From Candidatus Microgenomates bacterium (GTDB taxonomy: Bacteria; Patescibacteriota; Microgenomatia; Levybacterales; UBA12049): DNA of 64,000 bases. Where the stretch lies: the NCBI GenBank assembly GCA_025451755.1, contig JANWJT010000017.1, positions 16,147 to 80,146 of the forward strand, given 5' to 3'. Shown here one piece after another: positions 1 to 10,479 of this stretch (within the stretch, counting starts at the first letter, position 1; every line of letters starts with the position of its first letter). Under the pieces are notes generated by a model. That model saw only the letters and a list, made by a program, of their open reading frames with translations, was not told the origin of the DNA and ran no database searches. The translations under genes were made by a program, and so were the position numbers.

Positions 1-904
1 CCGTAAGTGTCCCTGTCTTATCTGTTAGAAGAACTTGAATTGACCCTAGTGTTTCGACGGCCTGCATTTTCCTTACAATTGCATTTTTCTTTGCCATTCT
101 TGTCGCCCCTAATGCAAGTGCAATTGTAATAACAGTCGGAAGACTCTGGGGAACTGCTGCAACAGTGACGCTTACTGCAAGAAGTACAAGTGGAAAAAAT
201 TCTCTTTCTTGTGCTAGGCCAATTGGAATTATAGAAAATGCTGAAGCAATTGCGATAAGCGAAATTATTTTTCCTAATGTGTTTAACCGTTTGCTTAAAG
301 GAGTTTGGTCTGCAGATAATCCCGAGAGAGTTTCGGCAATTTGCCCAAATCGGGTTTTCATTCCAGTTTTTTGAATGGTAAGATGCCCCCGCCCTTTTAT
401 GACGAGCGTTCCGCCAAATATTTCTGCATCTTTTTCTTTGGCAACAGGAAGGGACTCTCCTGTTAGGATTGACTCATCAACTTCTAAGTCCTCATGCTGC
501 AGTAGTATTCCATCGGCTGGGATTCGATCTCCTTCAGATAGGATTACAATGTCTCCAGGCACAAGATCTGATGTTGGAACTTCCTGCTCTTTTCCATCTC
601 TTAAAACTCTTGAAACTGGCTTAACGTAGTTTTTAAGTTTTTCAATAGATTTTTCAGCATTGTATTCTTGAATAAAGCCTACGACACCATTAAGTAGAAG
701 AATTGCAAATATGAACAAAGAGTCAGGAATGTCTCCTATAGCAAAAGAGAAAATTGCAGCTAGGAATAATACCCCGTTTAGAAAACTAGGAAATTGAGAA
801 AGAAAGATTGAGATAGGAGAAATGCCTTTTTTTGCGATAATTTCATTTCTGCCATGCTCTTGCAAGAGTCTTCCTGCATCTTTAGTGGACAGGCCTTTTT
901 CCAT
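1..904 (-). CDS. Cation-transporting P-type ATPase, N-terminal part only. The C-terminus runs off the window edge.
   Basis: Minus-strand translation from the ATG at 904 reads MEKGLSTKDAGRLLQEHGRNEII..., then the actuator motif TGESLPV, then GDIVILSEGDRIPADG. The phosphorylation motif DKTGTLT sits at window positions 2-25. This ORF is not in the supplied track because it is open at the window edge. Confidence 0.8.
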   Translation of the reverse strand, partial: MEKGLSTKDAGRLLQEHGRNEIIAKKGISPISIFLSQFPSFLNGVLFLAAIFSFAIGDIPDSLFIFAILLLNGVVGFIQEYNAEKSIEKLKNYVKPVSRVLRDGKEQEVPTSDLVPGDIVILSEGDRIPADGILLQHEDLEVDESILTGESLPVAKEKDAEIFGGTLVIKGRGHLTIQKTGMKTRFGQIAETLSGLSADQTPLSKRLNTLGKIISLIAIASAFSIIPIGLAQEREFFPLVLLAVSVTVAAVPQSLPTVITIALALGATRMAKKNAIVRKMQAVETLGSIQVLLTDKTGTLT

Positions 905-924
905 TGCATTTATTGTAACATAGC

Positions 925-2478
925 TTAAATGGATTCTTGTTTGGGTCGATATTGCAATGCTTCTGCTATATGAACTGGTTTTATTTTTAAAGACTGCTCA
1001 AGATCTGCAATTGTTCGGGCAATTTTTATAGTCCTAAAATAAGATCTGGCAGATAGGTTCATTCGTTCAACAGCAAGTCTTAAAATTTCCAAGCTTTCAG
1101 AAGAAAGAGCGCAAAATTCTTTTACGCCTTTTGTAGACATTTCGGCATTTGATGTAATCTTTTTGTTTTGGCCTTTTTTTCCTAGACTTTTAAACCTTTT
1201 AATCTGCATATCTCTTGCCTTTTGTACTCTTCTTCTTATTTCTTTTGACGATTCTATTTTTAAGTTCTTTTCATTTGAAACAAGTTTTTCTGTTCTTACT
1301 GCCGGAACATCTAAATGAATATCTATTCTATCAAGCATTGGTCCAGAAACTCTTTTTTGGTACCTTAATATCTGATTTAAATTGCATTTGCATTCTTTAG
1401 TTTTGTCTCCGTAAAATCCGCATGGACATGGATTTTGTGCTGCAACAAGCATGAATTTAGAAGGAAATAAAACTCTGCCTTTGGATCTTGAGATTGCAAT
1501 ATCCCCATCTTCCATGGGTTGTCTTAATGCTTCAAGAACATGGCGTGGAAATTCCGGAAATTCATCTAGAAATAATACTCCTCTGTGCGCTAAGGATATT
1601 TCCCCGGGTTTTGGAACATTGCCTCCGCCAATAAGTCCAATATGAGAAGTCGTATGGTGAGGAGATCTAAACGGCCTTTTTATTACAAGAGACTTTTTAT
1701 CTAAAAGTCCTGAGATGCTATATATTTTTGTAACCTCTAATGCTTCATCGAAAGTAAGTTTTGGAAGAATAGACGGAAGAGTTCGGGCAAGCATTGTTTT
1801 TCCGGCTCCCGGTGGGCCTTTTAATAAAATATTGTGAGCCCCAGCTGCTGCAATTTCCAAAGCTCTTTTTGCCTGTTCCTGTCCTTTTATGTCGTTCATG
1901 TCAAGATCAAAATCTTCATCTTTTAGAACAGAATTTATATTAATGTGTTTTTGAGGTTTTATTTCTTCAGCACTTGTTAAATGTCTAAAAAGAGAGACAA
2001 GGGATGGGACAGGATAAATTTTTATTCCATCAAGTATTGATGCTTCCTCAACATCTATGCTTGGTATAAAAACTCTCTTAAGTTTTTTGTTCTTCGCCAT
2101 TATTACTTGTGGCAGGATTCCATTTGTGTGTCTTAGTCTTCCATCCAAAGACAATTCGCCTAAAAATAGAGCGTCATCAATTTCCACCTTAAGCTGTTCG
2201 GATGCCAAAAGAATCCCAAGTGCGATTGGCAAGTCATAAGAAGGTCCTTCTTTTGGTAAATCCGCAGGTGCTAAATTTACAGTTATTCTTTTTGCAGGAA
2301 AATCAGCGCCACTGTTTTTTATGGCACTTCTTACTCTTTCTCTTGATTCTTCAACTGCTTTATCTGGAAGCCCGACTATTGTAAAAGAGGGGAGACCTTG
2401 AGAAGCAATATCTACTTCTACTTCAACAGGTACTGCATCTAGTCCAACAATCGCAGATGAATTCACTTTCGATAACAT
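925..2478 (-). CDS. comM: YifB/ComM family Mg-chelatase-like AAA+ ATPase
   Basis: 517 aa. N-terminal Lon-like/ChlI domain (VPVEVEVDIASQGLPSFTIVGLP), Walker A GPPGAGKT, and the ComM-typical CxC..C zinc motif. Confidence 0.85.
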   Translation of the reverse strand: MLSKVNSSAIVGLDAVPVEVEVDIASQGLPSFTIVGLPDKAVEESRERVRSAIKNSGADFPAKRITVNLAPADLPKEGPSYDLPIALGILLASEQLKVEIDDALFLGELSLDGRLRHTNGILPQVIMAKNKKLKRVFIPSIDVEEASILDGIKIYPVPSLVSLFRHLTSAEEIKPQKHININSVLKDEDFDLDMNDIKGQEQAKRALEIAAAGAHNILLKGPPGAGKTMLARTLPSILPKLTFDEALEVTKIYSISGLLDKKSLVIKRPFRSPHHTTSHIGLIGGGNVPKPGEISLAHRGVLFLDEFPEFPRHVLEALRQPMEDGDIAISRSKGRVLFPSKFMLVAAQNPCPCGFYGDKTKECKCNLNQILRYQKRVSGPMLDRIDIHLDVPAVRTEKLVSNEKNLKIESSKEIRRRVQKARDMQIKRFKSLGKKGQNKKITSNAEMSTKGVKEFCALSSESLEILRLAVERMNLSARSYFRTIKIARTIADLEQSLKIKPVHIAEALQYRPKQESI

Positions 2479-2547
2479 ACATTTATATTAGCATTTTGTT
2501 TTATATTTTTTTCTTGACATCTTCGATTCTTTTTAGTACTATTAATT

Positions 2548-3741
2548 ATGGAGCCTCAGAAATCTGTACACTCAAATCCTCTCAGTATCCAGGCGCTTTC
2601 TTCCGGTCTTACTTTTGATGATGTCCTTCTTTTACCCGGGTATTCTGATTTTTCCCGCTCTCAAATAAGTCTTGCGACTCAGCTTACAAAAAAAATTAAA
2701 CTTTCTATTCCTTTTGTTTCTGCTCCAATGGATACAGTAACCGAAAGTAAACTTGCAATCTCCCTTGCAAAATTAGGGGGAATTGGAATAATTCATCGAA
2801 ATTTAACAATAGAAGATCAAGCGGGAGAAGTTAAAAAAGTTAAAAAAATCCGTTCGACAAGCTCAGGACAAGCATTAATTGTAGGAGCGGCAGTTGGTGC
2901 AAGTAATTTTGAGAAAAGAGCAGAAGCTCTTATTAAAGCCGGAGCAAATGTAGTAGTAGTAGATTCGGCTCACGGATTTTCAAAAGGTGTTATTGAAGCT
3001 ACAAAATATATTAAGAAAAATTTTTCAAAGATCGAAGTTATTTCTGGAAATATTGCAACAGTAGACGGCGCAAGAGAATTAATTAAAGCAGGAGCTGATG
3101 GACTTAGGGTTGGTATGGGACCGGGTGCAATTTGTACAACTCGAATAATCTCGGGAATGGGAGTTCCTCAGATAACTGCAATTTTTGAGGTAAATAAAGT
3201 AGCGAAAAAATTAAACGTTCCTATAATCGCGGACGGAGGAATAAAATTTTCGGGAGATATTGTAAAAGCAATAGCTACAGGTGCATCGACGGTTATGATG
3301 GGAAGTTTTTTTGCATCTGCATTAGAAACTCCCGGTAAGGTGGTTTATTTAAAAAGAGATCAAGTTCCCCATAGATTCTTAAGTATCTTCAACCTGATAA
3401 ACGAAAAATACCCCTTTAAAGAATACAGAGGAATGGGCTCATCTTCTGCAATGAGAAAAGGAGCAAAAGTAAAATCAGAAGATGAATTTCATGGCAAAGA
3501 TTATAAAGACAGAATATTAATTGCAGAAGGAGTTGAGGGTTTAGTTCCTGTAAAGGGAGCTGTTAAAGAACTTATAGAACAAGCAATCGGGGGAATAAAA
3601 TCCGGAATGTATTACGCAGGGGCAAAAAATATAAAAGAACTTTGGGAGAAAGCGCAGTTTATTAAAATTACTCAAGCCTCTCTAACAGAAAGCCATCCTC
3701 ACAGTATCCTGGTTACGAATAGCGGGAAAAATTACTCATGA
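2548..3741 (+). CDS. guaB: IMP dehydrogenase family protein, short form lacking the CBS subdomain
   Basis: 397 aa. Starts [15 protein letters not shown], has the catalytic-loop [11 protein letters not shown], and its stop overlaps the start of guaA. An assignment as GMP reductase is less likely but not excluded. Confidence 0.7.
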   Translation: MEPQKSVHSNPLSIQALSSGLTFDDVLLLPGYSDFSRSQISLATQLTKKIKLSIPFVSAPMDTVTESKLAISLAKLGGIGIIHRNLTIEDQAGEVKKVKKIRSTSSGQALIVGAAVGASNFEKRAEALIKAGANVVVVDSAHGFSKGVIEATKYIKKNFSKIEVISGNIATVDGARELIKAGADGLRVGMGPGAICTTRIISGMGVPQITAIFEVNKVAKKLNVPIIADGGIKFSGDIVKAIATGASTVMMGSFFASALETPGKVVYLKRDQVPHRFLSIFNLINEKYPFKEYRGMGSSSAMRKGAKVKSEDEFHGKDYKDRILIAEGVEGLVPVKGAVKELIEQAIGGIKSGMYYAGAKNIKELWEKAQFIKITQASLTESHPHSILVTNSGKNYS

Positions 3742-5270
3742 TTGTAATAGTTGATTTTGGATCTCAGACTTCTCATCTAATTTCAAGAAGAATAAAAGAA
3801 TTTGGCGCATCTTCAAAGCTTGTTAGTCCGGAAGATGCATTGCCGGAAATATTAAAAAATAAGGATAATATAGATGGAATAGTTTTGTCCGGCGGTCCAA
3901 GCTCCGTATATCTTAAGAATGCCCCAACAATTAGTCCAGATATTTTTAATTTAAATATCCCCATTTTTGGTATTTGTTATGGACTTCAGCTTACGGCAAA
4001 ACTTTTGGGAGGAAAAGTAATTTCAGGAAAAAAAGAATATGGACCAGCCCAGCTGGAAATTCCAAATTCAAAATCCCAAATCGCAAAAAATATTCCTAAA
4101 AAACTCACAGTATGGATGAGTCATGGAGATGAGGTTATAAAACTTCCAGAAGGTTTTAAAGTTTTAGGATCTTCCGAGCATGTACCCTTCGCGTTTGTAG
4201 AAAACAAAAATAAAAAAATATTTGGACTCCAGTTTCATCCGGAAGTAGAGCATACAGACTATGGAACCAAGATAATCAAAAACTTTCTAAATATATGTGC
4301 TGTAAATTTTAAAAAGGAAATTATAGATGAGAAAGAATTGATTAAAGATATTCGGGAAAAAGTCGGGAAATACTCGGTAATTGGAGCTGTATCGGGAGGA
4401 GTTGATTCAACAGTTGCTTCGGTTTTAACTGCTAAAGCCATTGGCAAAAATTTTCATCCGGTTTACGTTGATAACGGACTAATGAGGAAAGGAACAGAAG
4501 AACATCTTAATAAAATATTTAAACATATAGGTATAAAACTAACAGTTTTAAAAGTTGAGAAAGAAATGATTAGAAGACTAAATAGCATTACTGATCCCGA
4601 GAAAAAAAGAAAAATTATCGGGAATTTTTATATAGAGCTCTTTGAAAAAGAAATGAAAAATTTAATAAAAAAAGGAATTAAAATAAAATTTTTACTGCAA
4701 GGAACAATTTATTCAGATGTTATAGAAAGTCAGGAAAATAAACATTCGGATTTAATTAAAAGCCATCATAATGTGGGAGGGCTTCCAAAAAAAATGAAAT
4801 TAAAATTATTAGAGCCTCTTAGAAATTATTATAAAGATGAAGTAAAGGAAATAGGACGAAAGCTTAAGCTTCCTGAAAATTTTGTAAATATGCAGCCTTT
4901 TCCGGGGCCAGGTTTTGCAGTTAGAATAAGAGGCGAAGTTACAAAAAAAAGACTTGAGAATGAAAAAAAGGCAGACGAAATTGTTCTTGAAGAGCTAAGA
5001 AAGGCAAATCTTATTTCGAAAGTTTTTCTTTCTTTTCCAGTTTTAACAAATTCATTTTCAACCGCAGTCAAGGGAGACGGAAGAGTTTTTGGAGAAGTTG
5101 TAGCTTTAAGAATTATTGAATCTAAAGATATTATGACTACAACTTGGGCAAAACTTCCTTACGATATTTTGCAAAAAATTTCATCAAGAATTGTAAACGA
5201 AGTGCCCGATATTTCTCGGGTGGTTTACGATATAACTACAAAACCTCCTGCCACAATGGAGTGGGAATAA
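3738..5270 (+). CDS. guaA: GMP synthase (glutamine-hydrolysing)
   Basis: 510 aa. Class I glutamine amidotransferase N-terminus ([10 protein letters not shown]), the SGGVDS PP-loop, and a C-terminal dimerisation domain. Confidence 0.9.
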   Translation: MIVIVDFGSQTSHLISRRIKEFGASSKLVSPEDALPEILKNKDNIDGIVLSGGPSSVYLKNAPTISPDIFNLNIPIFGICYGLQLTAKLLGGKVISGKKEYGPAQLEIPNSKSQIAKNIPKKLTVWMSHGDEVIKLPEGFKVLGSSEHVPFAFVENKNKKIFGLQFHPEVEHTDYGTKIIKNFLNICAVNFKKEIIDEKELIKDIREKVGKYSVIGAVSGGVDSTVASVLTAKAIGKNFHPVYVDNGLMRKGTEEHLNKIFKHIGIKLTVLKVEKEMIRRLNSITDPEKKRKIIGNFYIELFEKEMKNLIKKGIKIKFLLQGTIYSDVIESQENKHSDLIKSHHNVGGLPKKMKLKLLEPLRNYYKDEVKEIGRKLKLPENFVNMQPFPGPGFAVRIRGEVTKKRLENEKKADEIVLEELRKANLISKVFLSFPVLTNSFSTAVKGDGRVFGEVVALRIIESKDIMTTTWAKLPYDILQKISSRIVNEVPDISRVVYDITTKPPATMEWE

Positions 5271-5294
5271 AAATAATGCTACAATAGGCAAGCG

Positions 5295-7118
5295 ATGGAT
5301 GAGGTAGCAAGAGTCAGGGAAAAAATAGATATAGCATCTTTAATAAGTGAATATATTCCTCTTAAAAAAGCCGGTAGAAATTTTAAAGCTGCCTGTCCGT
5401 TTCATAACGAAAAAAGTCCTTCCTTTGTAGTTTCTCCCGAAAGACAAATTTGGCATTGTTTTGGATGTGGAAAGGGTGGAGACTGCTATACATTTTTAAT
5501 GGAATATGAGAATCTTGAGTTTTTTGAAGCACTCAGAATCTTAGCAAAAAAAGCAGGCATAGAGCTTTCGGAAACAGATTTTGTAAAAAAAGACACTTCC
5601 AAAAAAGAAATAATTTATTCTGTTAATAAAATTGCTTCAGATTTTTATCACTACATTCTTACAAAACACAATGCAGGTAAAAAAGCACTTGAATATTTAA
5701 CAAAAGAGAGGAAGATAGATCCGCGTCTTGTAGAAACTTTTCAAATAGGTTTTTCTCCAAACCAAGGAGATATTTTGTCGAAATATTTATTGGAAAAGAA
5801 AAAATATAAAATCCAGGATTTAACTGAGGCAGGACTTTCTTTTACAAGACCGGGTAGAACTGCAGATTTTTTTAGAGGAAGACTAATGTTTCCGCTATTT
5901 GATCATAGAGATAACATAATTGCTTTCTCTGGCAGGATTCTTCAGAATAGTGCCTCCGAATCAACCTCGATTCAATCGGGGTCAAAATACGTTAATACAA
6001 GAGATACTCTTGTATATCATAAGGGAAGTACTTTTTTTGGTTTAAATCTTGCAAAAGAAGAAATAAAAAAAGAAGAGAGGGCAATAATTGTGGAAGGAGA
6101 ATTTGATGTAATTTCCTGTTATTCTCGGGGGATTAAAAATGTTGTCGCTATTAAAGGAACTGCTTTGACGGAAAATCAGATATCTTTAATTTCACGATTT
6201 TCACAAAAAATTACGCTTTGTCTTGACCAGGATGAGGCAGGATTTGAGGCAATTAAGAGAAGTCTTGAGGGCTTAGAAAAAAAAGGCTTGACTACAACTG
6301 TAGTTGATCTGGGAGATTATAAGGATCCCGATGAGGCAATTATAAAAGATCCAATCTTTTTCAAGAATGCAGTAAGTCATGACATTGGAGCTTATGATTT
6401 TCTAATATCTAATTTTCTTAAAAAATATAATAAAGAAGAAGCAGAGGGAAAAAAGAAAATAACTCAAAATCTTCTTCCTTTTATTTCTTTAATAGACAAC
6501 GAAATAATAAAAGAGCATTATCTAAAAACCTTAGCAAAGGAACTTGACGCATCTTTAGAGACTCTTCAAAAAGAAATGGAGAAAGTTGGTAAAAAAGAAC
6601 CTGCGAATGTCGGTTTTATAGGAGAAAAAAAAGATAAAAGAGTAAGGAAGGAAATCTTGGAAGAATATTTACTTTCTCTTATCTTGCAAAGTGAAAAAGC
6701 TGAGGATCATTTTAAGATGACAGACGAAAAGTTATCGGAGTATGAATTCGAACTGCCTTCTTATCAAAAAATATTTGAATATTTAAAATCCTATTTTAAA
6801 AATAACCAAAATTTTAATATTAAGTTATTTGCAAAAACTCTTCCTAAAGAAACGATAGTAGTATTTGATACTTGTTATATCTTGCCTTTGCCAAAGCTTA
6901 GAGAAAAGAATAAATATTCAGAAGAAATAGAAAAAGTCATAAAAGAGCTTAGAATTGTGGATCTTAAAAACAAAATAAAAAACATTGCTAATAATATAAA
7001 CAAAAAAGAAAAAAATAAGGAAGAGACAAAAGATCTTCAAAGCAGGCTTTCAAGTTTTCTAAAGATTCTTCAAAGCCTTACTCAAGCTTCAAATAATGGG
7101 GCCAGTGTGGTAAAATAA
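5295..7118 (+). CDS. dnaG: DNA primase
   Basis: CHC2 zinc finger [11 protein letters not shown]...[10 protein letters not shown], Toprim domain EGEFDVIS, and the conserved dnaG-rpoD gene order. Confidence 0.9.
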   Translation: MDEVARVREKIDIASLISEYIPLKKAGRNFKAACPFHNEKSPSFVVSPERQIWHCFGCGKGGDCYTFLMEYENLEFFEALRILAKKAGIELSETDFVKKDTSKKEIIYSVNKIASDFYHYILTKHNAGKKALEYLTKERKIDPRLVETFQIGFSPNQGDILSKYLLEKKKYKIQDLTEAGLSFTRPGRTADFFRGRLMFPLFDHRDNIIAFSGRILQNSASESTSIQSGSKYVNTRDTLVYHKGSTFFGLNLAKEEIKKEERAIIVEGEFDVISCYSRGIKNVVAIKGTALTENQISLISRFSQKITLCLDQDEAGFEAIKRSLEGLEKKGLTTTVVDLGDYKDPDEAIIKDPIFFKNAVSHDIGAYDFLISNFLKKYNKEEAEGKKKITQNLLPFISLIDNEIIKEHYLKTLAKELDASLETLQKEMEKVGKKEPANVGFIGEKKDKRVRKEILEEYLLSLILQSEKAEDHFKMTDEKLSEYEFELPSYQKIFEYLKSYFKNNQNFNIKLFAKTLPKETIVVFDTCYILPLPKLREKNKYSEEIEKVIKELRIVDLKNKIKNIANNINKKEKNKEETKDLQSRLSSFLKILQSLTQASNNGASVVK

Positions 7119-7125
7119 ACTACTA

Positions 7126-8208
7126 ATGAAACAAAAATCCACAAATTTCCTAAAGGATATCGTTGATTCTGCAAAAAAAAGGGGATATATAACTCAGGAT
7201 GAAATATTAGCAATTTTTCCAAAACCAGAAGACCATATAGCGGATTTAGATGCTCTTTACGGTAAGCTTTTAAAACTTGATATAGATGTTTTTGAATCTG
7301 TTGCAAGAGATCAGGACACCGAAAAACCAATAGAAGACTTAGAAAAAGAACTTGCTGCTCTAACAATACTCACCGAAGATACAGTATCTGATCCAGTTAG
7401 AATGTATCTAAAAGAAATCGGAAGAATTCCTCTTCTTAAGTTTGACCAGGAAATTTCTCTGGCTAAAAGAGTGGAAAAAGGAGACAGGGAAGCAAAAAAG
7501 ATTTTAATTAATTCAAACCTCCGTTTAGTTGTATCGATTGCAAAAAAATATGTAGGAAGAGGACTTACTCTTCTTGATTTAATTCAGGAAGGAAACCAGG
7601 GATTAATAAGAGCAGTCGAAAAGTACGATTGGCGAAGAGGATACAAATTTTCAACATATGCGACCTGGTGGATTAGGCAATCAATAACAAGAGCTATTGC
7701 AGATCAGGCAAGAACAATTAGAATTCCTGTTCATATGGTAGAAAATATAAATAGATTCTTAAGAGCTTCAAGAAAGCTAATGCAGGAGTTAGGAAGAGAG
7801 CCAACGCCAGAAGAAGTTGCAAAAGTTTTGGGAATCGATCCCGAAAAGGCAATGGAAATAATAAAAATTTCTCAGGAGCCAGCAAGTTTGGAATCACCTG
7901 TTGGAGATGAAGAAGACTCCCGTCTTGGAGATTTTATTCATGACGCAACAGCTCCTACTCTTTTTGATAGTGCGTCCCGCGAGCTTTTAAAAGAGCAGGT
8001 AGAGCAGGTCTTGGCAACGCTTTCTGATCGGGAAAGAAGAGTTCTCGAGGAAAGATTTGGTCTAAAAGATGGAAAACCAAAAACATTGGAAGAAGTTGGT
8101 AAAATGTTTGCAGTAACTAGAGAAAGAATTCGTCAGATAGAAGCCAAAGCTCTTCGCAAGCTCCGCCACCCCTCCCGAGGGAATAAACTCAAAGATTATT
8201 TAGGGTAA
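7126..8208 (+). CDS. rpoD: RNA polymerase sigma-70 factor
   Basis: Regions 1.2 to 4 are recognisable ([69 protein letters not shown]). Confidence 0.9.
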   Translation: MKQKSTNFLKDIVDSAKKRGYITQDEILAIFPKPEDHIADLDALYGKLLKLDIDVFESVARDQDTEKPIEDLEKELAALTILTEDTVSDPVRMYLKEIGRIPLLKFDQEISLAKRVEKGDREAKKILINSNLRLVVSIAKKYVGRGLTLLDLIQEGNQGLIRAVEKYDWRRGYKFSTYATWWIRQSITRAIADQARTIRIPVHMVENINRFLRASRKLMQELGREPTPEEVAKVLGIDPEKAMEIIKISQEPASLESPVGDEEDSRLGDFIHDATAPTLFDSASRELLKEQVEQVLATLSDRERRVLEERFGLKDGKPKTLEEVGKMFAVTRERIRQIEAKALRKLRHPSRGNKLKDYLG

Positions 8209-9411
8209 TTATTTTCTTACAAAAACGATTGCGTTGGGAAGATTGCGTCCCGGTCCTGCTTTATACCCACCATGCCAAAGTGCTGTTGATCCACCCTGAT
8301 CAAGACCAAGTGCGTTATCAATCCCCATTATTTTAAGAACAGTTCCTGCATCAGAAAATGATGCGCTATAAACGATACCTATATAAACAGTACTGCCTTT
8401 AGTTCCTATAAAAGTTCTCGCCGCTTTTCCTCCTCCTGCTCCGGTAGGGCTTCCTCCCGAGACCAAAAGTATTTGCATTGCAATAACACTATCAATGCCA
8501 GTATCTCGTCCCCAATCAGATGATCTTCCACGAACAAACATGGAATTTCCGGTAAAACCAACCAGAGGCACAGTTGAATAAACATTATTATCCGAATTAA
8601 AATAAACTTTATTTTTATTCATTAAAAGCGTGTCGAAAGAATTTACTTTTCCGACGCAGCTTGGATAATCAGGCGGACAAAAATATGAGCCATTTATTCC
8701 GGCAAATCCTCCGGAACGTGCAACATAAGTTGCAAGAGGAAGCGCAGGGCAATTATCCCGGCAATCTCCATCGGATGCTGTATCTACTATTACTCTTGTT
8801 GAGTTAAGATCAGCCGCAATCATAGATACAATAAATTCTCCCCTGTCTGTAGAAACTTTTTGCTGGGAAAAGCCCGATCCCGGCGCTGAATTATTTACAG
8901 GAATGTTTGCGATTTGCGCAGAAGTTTGCTGCGCAAGACTTCCGGCTATTGCCTTTAGACTTTCTTCATTCTTTTGAACATCTTTTGTAAGAAGTTCAAG
9001 ATTTACCGATGCCGACGCATAATTAAGCTGAGACAGCTCGTTTAGTATTTTTGCAAACATTTTATCAAGATCAGAAGTTTTTACGCTTTGAGCGCGAAGA
9101 TCAGAAATTATATTATAAATATTTAAAGACTCTTTATATGTATCCTGTGTATTTTTAATATCCTTTTTAAGGCCTTCATTAATTTTGTACTGGTCTTGAT
9201 TCTTAAGTTCTTTAAGTTCAGCGCCTATGGAGATAAGGCTTTTATTAAGACTCGAATTTTTAATTCCTAATTCTTTAATTCTGTTTTGAGAAAAATTTAA
9301 ATAGTATATAAATCCTGCTAATACTATTAATATAAGAGCGAAAAAAAAGATAGGAAACTTTGATTTTAAGAGGATTAAATTTTTTGCCGAAATAAAATTA
9401 TTAACCTGCAC
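8209..9411 (-). CDS. Membrane-anchored protein with a coiled-coil region and a C-terminal phosphodiester-glycosidase (NAGPA-like) domain
   Basis: 400 aa. N-terminal TM helix, a Q/N/S-rich coiled-coil, and a C-terminal section with GINGSYF...GGSTALW resembling Pfam Phosphodiester glycosidase. Recalled from memory, not searched. Confidence 0.4.
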   Translation of the reverse strand: MQVNNFISAKNLILLKSKFPIFFFALILIVLAGFIYYLNFSQNRIKELGIKNSSLNKSLISIGAELKELKNQDQYKINEGLKKDIKNTQDTYKESLNIYNIISDLRAQSVKTSDLDKMFAKILNELSQLNYASASVNLELLTKDVQKNEESLKAIAGSLAQQTSAQIANIPVNNSAPGSGFSQQKVSTDRGEFIVSMIAADLNSTRVIVDTASDGDCRDNCPALPLATYVARSGGFAGINGSYFCPPDYPSCVGKVNSFDTLLMNKNKVYFNSDNNVYSTVPLVGFTGNSMFVRGRSSDWGRDTGIDSVIAMQILLVSGGSPTGAGGGKAARTFIGTKGSTVYIGIVYSASFSDAGTVLKIMGIDNALGLDQGGSTALWHGGYKAGPGRNLPNAIVFVRK

Positions 9412-9456
9412 CTAAGCCAGTATATAATTATACTTCTTTATTTTCAAATGCTATCG

Positions 9457-9465
9457 TGCTAGAAT
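9457..9465 (+). promoter_or_regulatory. Extended -10 element TGCTAGAAT. The predicted transcription start is about 9472-9475, at the 5' end of the tRNA-half-like leader.
   Basis: TGnTAnAAT motif. The ATG at 9456 used by the ORF track lies inside this box, so the GIY-YIG start is placed at 9516 instead. Confidence 0.4.
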
Positions 9466-9476
9466 ATTCTTCACGA

Positions 9477-9513
9477 TCCGCGATAGTCCGCCAGCTGGCG
9501 GACAGGAAGCTGT
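9477..9513 (+). other. Degenerate copy of the tRNA-Asn 5' half (acceptor strand, palindrome, anticodon-stem strand)
   Basis: TCCGCGATAG at 9477-9486 is identical to tRNA positions 9755-9764. AGGAAGCTGT at 9504-9513 is identical to 9781-9790. Between them the perfect 9+9 palindrome GTCCGCCAG/CTGGCGGAC replaces the D-arm. Confidence 0.6.
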
Positions 9514-9515
9514 CC

Positions 9516-9764
9516 ATGTTTAAAGTTTATGCTTTATACAATAAGAAGAGTGGAAAGATATACATTGGTCAGACAAACAATATCGAAAAGAGATTAAAAG
9601 AGCATAATGAAAAAAGAGGAAACCATTTTACGTCAAGTATAGACGGAACATGGATTATAATATATCAAGAGGCAGCTAGTAGTAGAACTAGCGCAATATT
9701 AAGAGAGAGACAATTAAAAAGTTTCAGAGGTAGAGAATTTATTAAACAATACATTCCGCGATAG
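9516..9764 (+). CDS. GIY-YIG nuclease family protein (YhbQ/UPF0213-like, 82 aa)
   Basis: MFKVYALYNKKSGKIYIGQTNNIEKRLKEHN contains the GIY-YIG core. The start is trimmed from 9456 to the ATG at 9516. The stop codon at 9762-9764 lies 10 nt inside the tRNA-Asn. Confidence 0.7.
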   Translation: MFKVYALYNKKSGKIYIGQTNNIEKRLKEHNEKRGNHFTSSIDGTWIIIYQEAASSRTSAILRERQLKSFRGREFIKQYIPR

Positions 9765-9825
9765 CTCAATGGTAGAGCAGGAAGCTGTTAACTTCAAGGT
9801 TCTAGGTTCGAATCCTAGTCGCGGA
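9755..9825 (+). tRNA. tRNA-Asn (anticodon GTT)
   Basis: Hand-folded cloverleaf. Acceptor stem TCCGCGA/TCGCGGA (7 bp), D-stem GCTC/GAGC, anticodon loop CTGTTAA with T33 and A37, T-arm CTAGG-TTCGAAT-CCTAG, discriminator G. CCA is not encoded. Confidence 0.85.
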
Positions 9826-9912
9826 GCAAAATGTACCAGCAAACATTTTAATATAACCTCTTGCGCCTCAATTACTGAACAACACAAGCGAACAATTGTG
9901 TATACTTAGTGT

Positions 9913-10272
9913 ATGAACAAACAACTATTAAAAGACGGATTTGGCTGGGGTTTACTGCTATGGTTTGTTGGCTATGTGCTTGGTATAATTTTATTTATGA
10001 TGGTACCTATTGGACTCATTGGCTGGATAATTTCTCCAATAGGCATAGCACTTACTTTGTGGATACTTAATAAAAAGATAAAAAGCAGTTCTTTCCAGCA
10101 CTATATAACCATAGCGGTTATTTGGGCACTTATTGCTATCGTGTTTGATTATATTTTCCTAGTGCAGTTATTTAAACCAGAAGACGGTTATTACAAGTTG
10201 GACGTTTATTTTTATTACCTATTTACCTTTAGCTTACCTCTGTTGGTTGGGTGGCGTAAAGCAAAGTCATAA
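9913..10272 (+). CDS. Hypothetical multi-pass membrane protein
   Basis: 119 aa with three or four hydrophobic helices. No recognisable motif. Confidence 0.35.
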   Translation: MNKQLLKDGFGWGLLLWFVGYVLGIILFMMVPIGLIGWIISPIGIALTLWILNKKIKSSSFQHYITIAVIWALIAIVFDYIFLVQLFKPEDGYYKLDVYFYYLFTFSLPLLVGWRKAKS

Positions 10273-10479
10273 ACAACTATTTGTAAAGTTGGGTCGTGTT
10301 GGAGTTTTTTAATTTCAAGCCATCGTTGTTTTAGTTCACCTATATGCCCAACGTGCTGAAACGCTTGGATAATTGCGTCAAAATCTATTGGCATAGTGTT
10401 CTTAGGCGCGGGGAAGTAATACAAATCTGGGATAGGCTCACAGAACTTCTTGCAAAATTAATTAAATTTTTTTACAATG

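Noticed and set aside
165-629. Plus-strand ORFs 165..374 and 375..629 in the track
   Set aside because: They lie antisense to a clearly recognisable P-type ATPase reading frame (DKTGTLT, TGES, GDIVILSEGDRIPADG) and have no motifs of their own.
1215-2384. Small plus-strand ORFs inside comM (1215..1400, 1451..1645, 2057..2239, 2202..2384)
   Set aside because: Antisense to a well-supported AAA+ gene. Low-complexity translations.
9456-9515. ATG at 9456 as the start of the GIY-YIG gene
   Set aside because: The ATG is part of the extended -10 box TGCTAGAAT, and the 5' 60 nt overlap a tRNA-half-like structured leader. The conserved GIY-YIG domain begins at the ATG at 9516.
10215-10424. Minus-strand 69-aa ORF overlapping the 3' end of the membrane-protein gene 9913..10272
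   Set aside because: It overlaps the neighbouring gene by 58 nt, has no promoter or start context, and the upstream frame is closed. It is possibly a gene fragment, but there is not enough evidence to call it.
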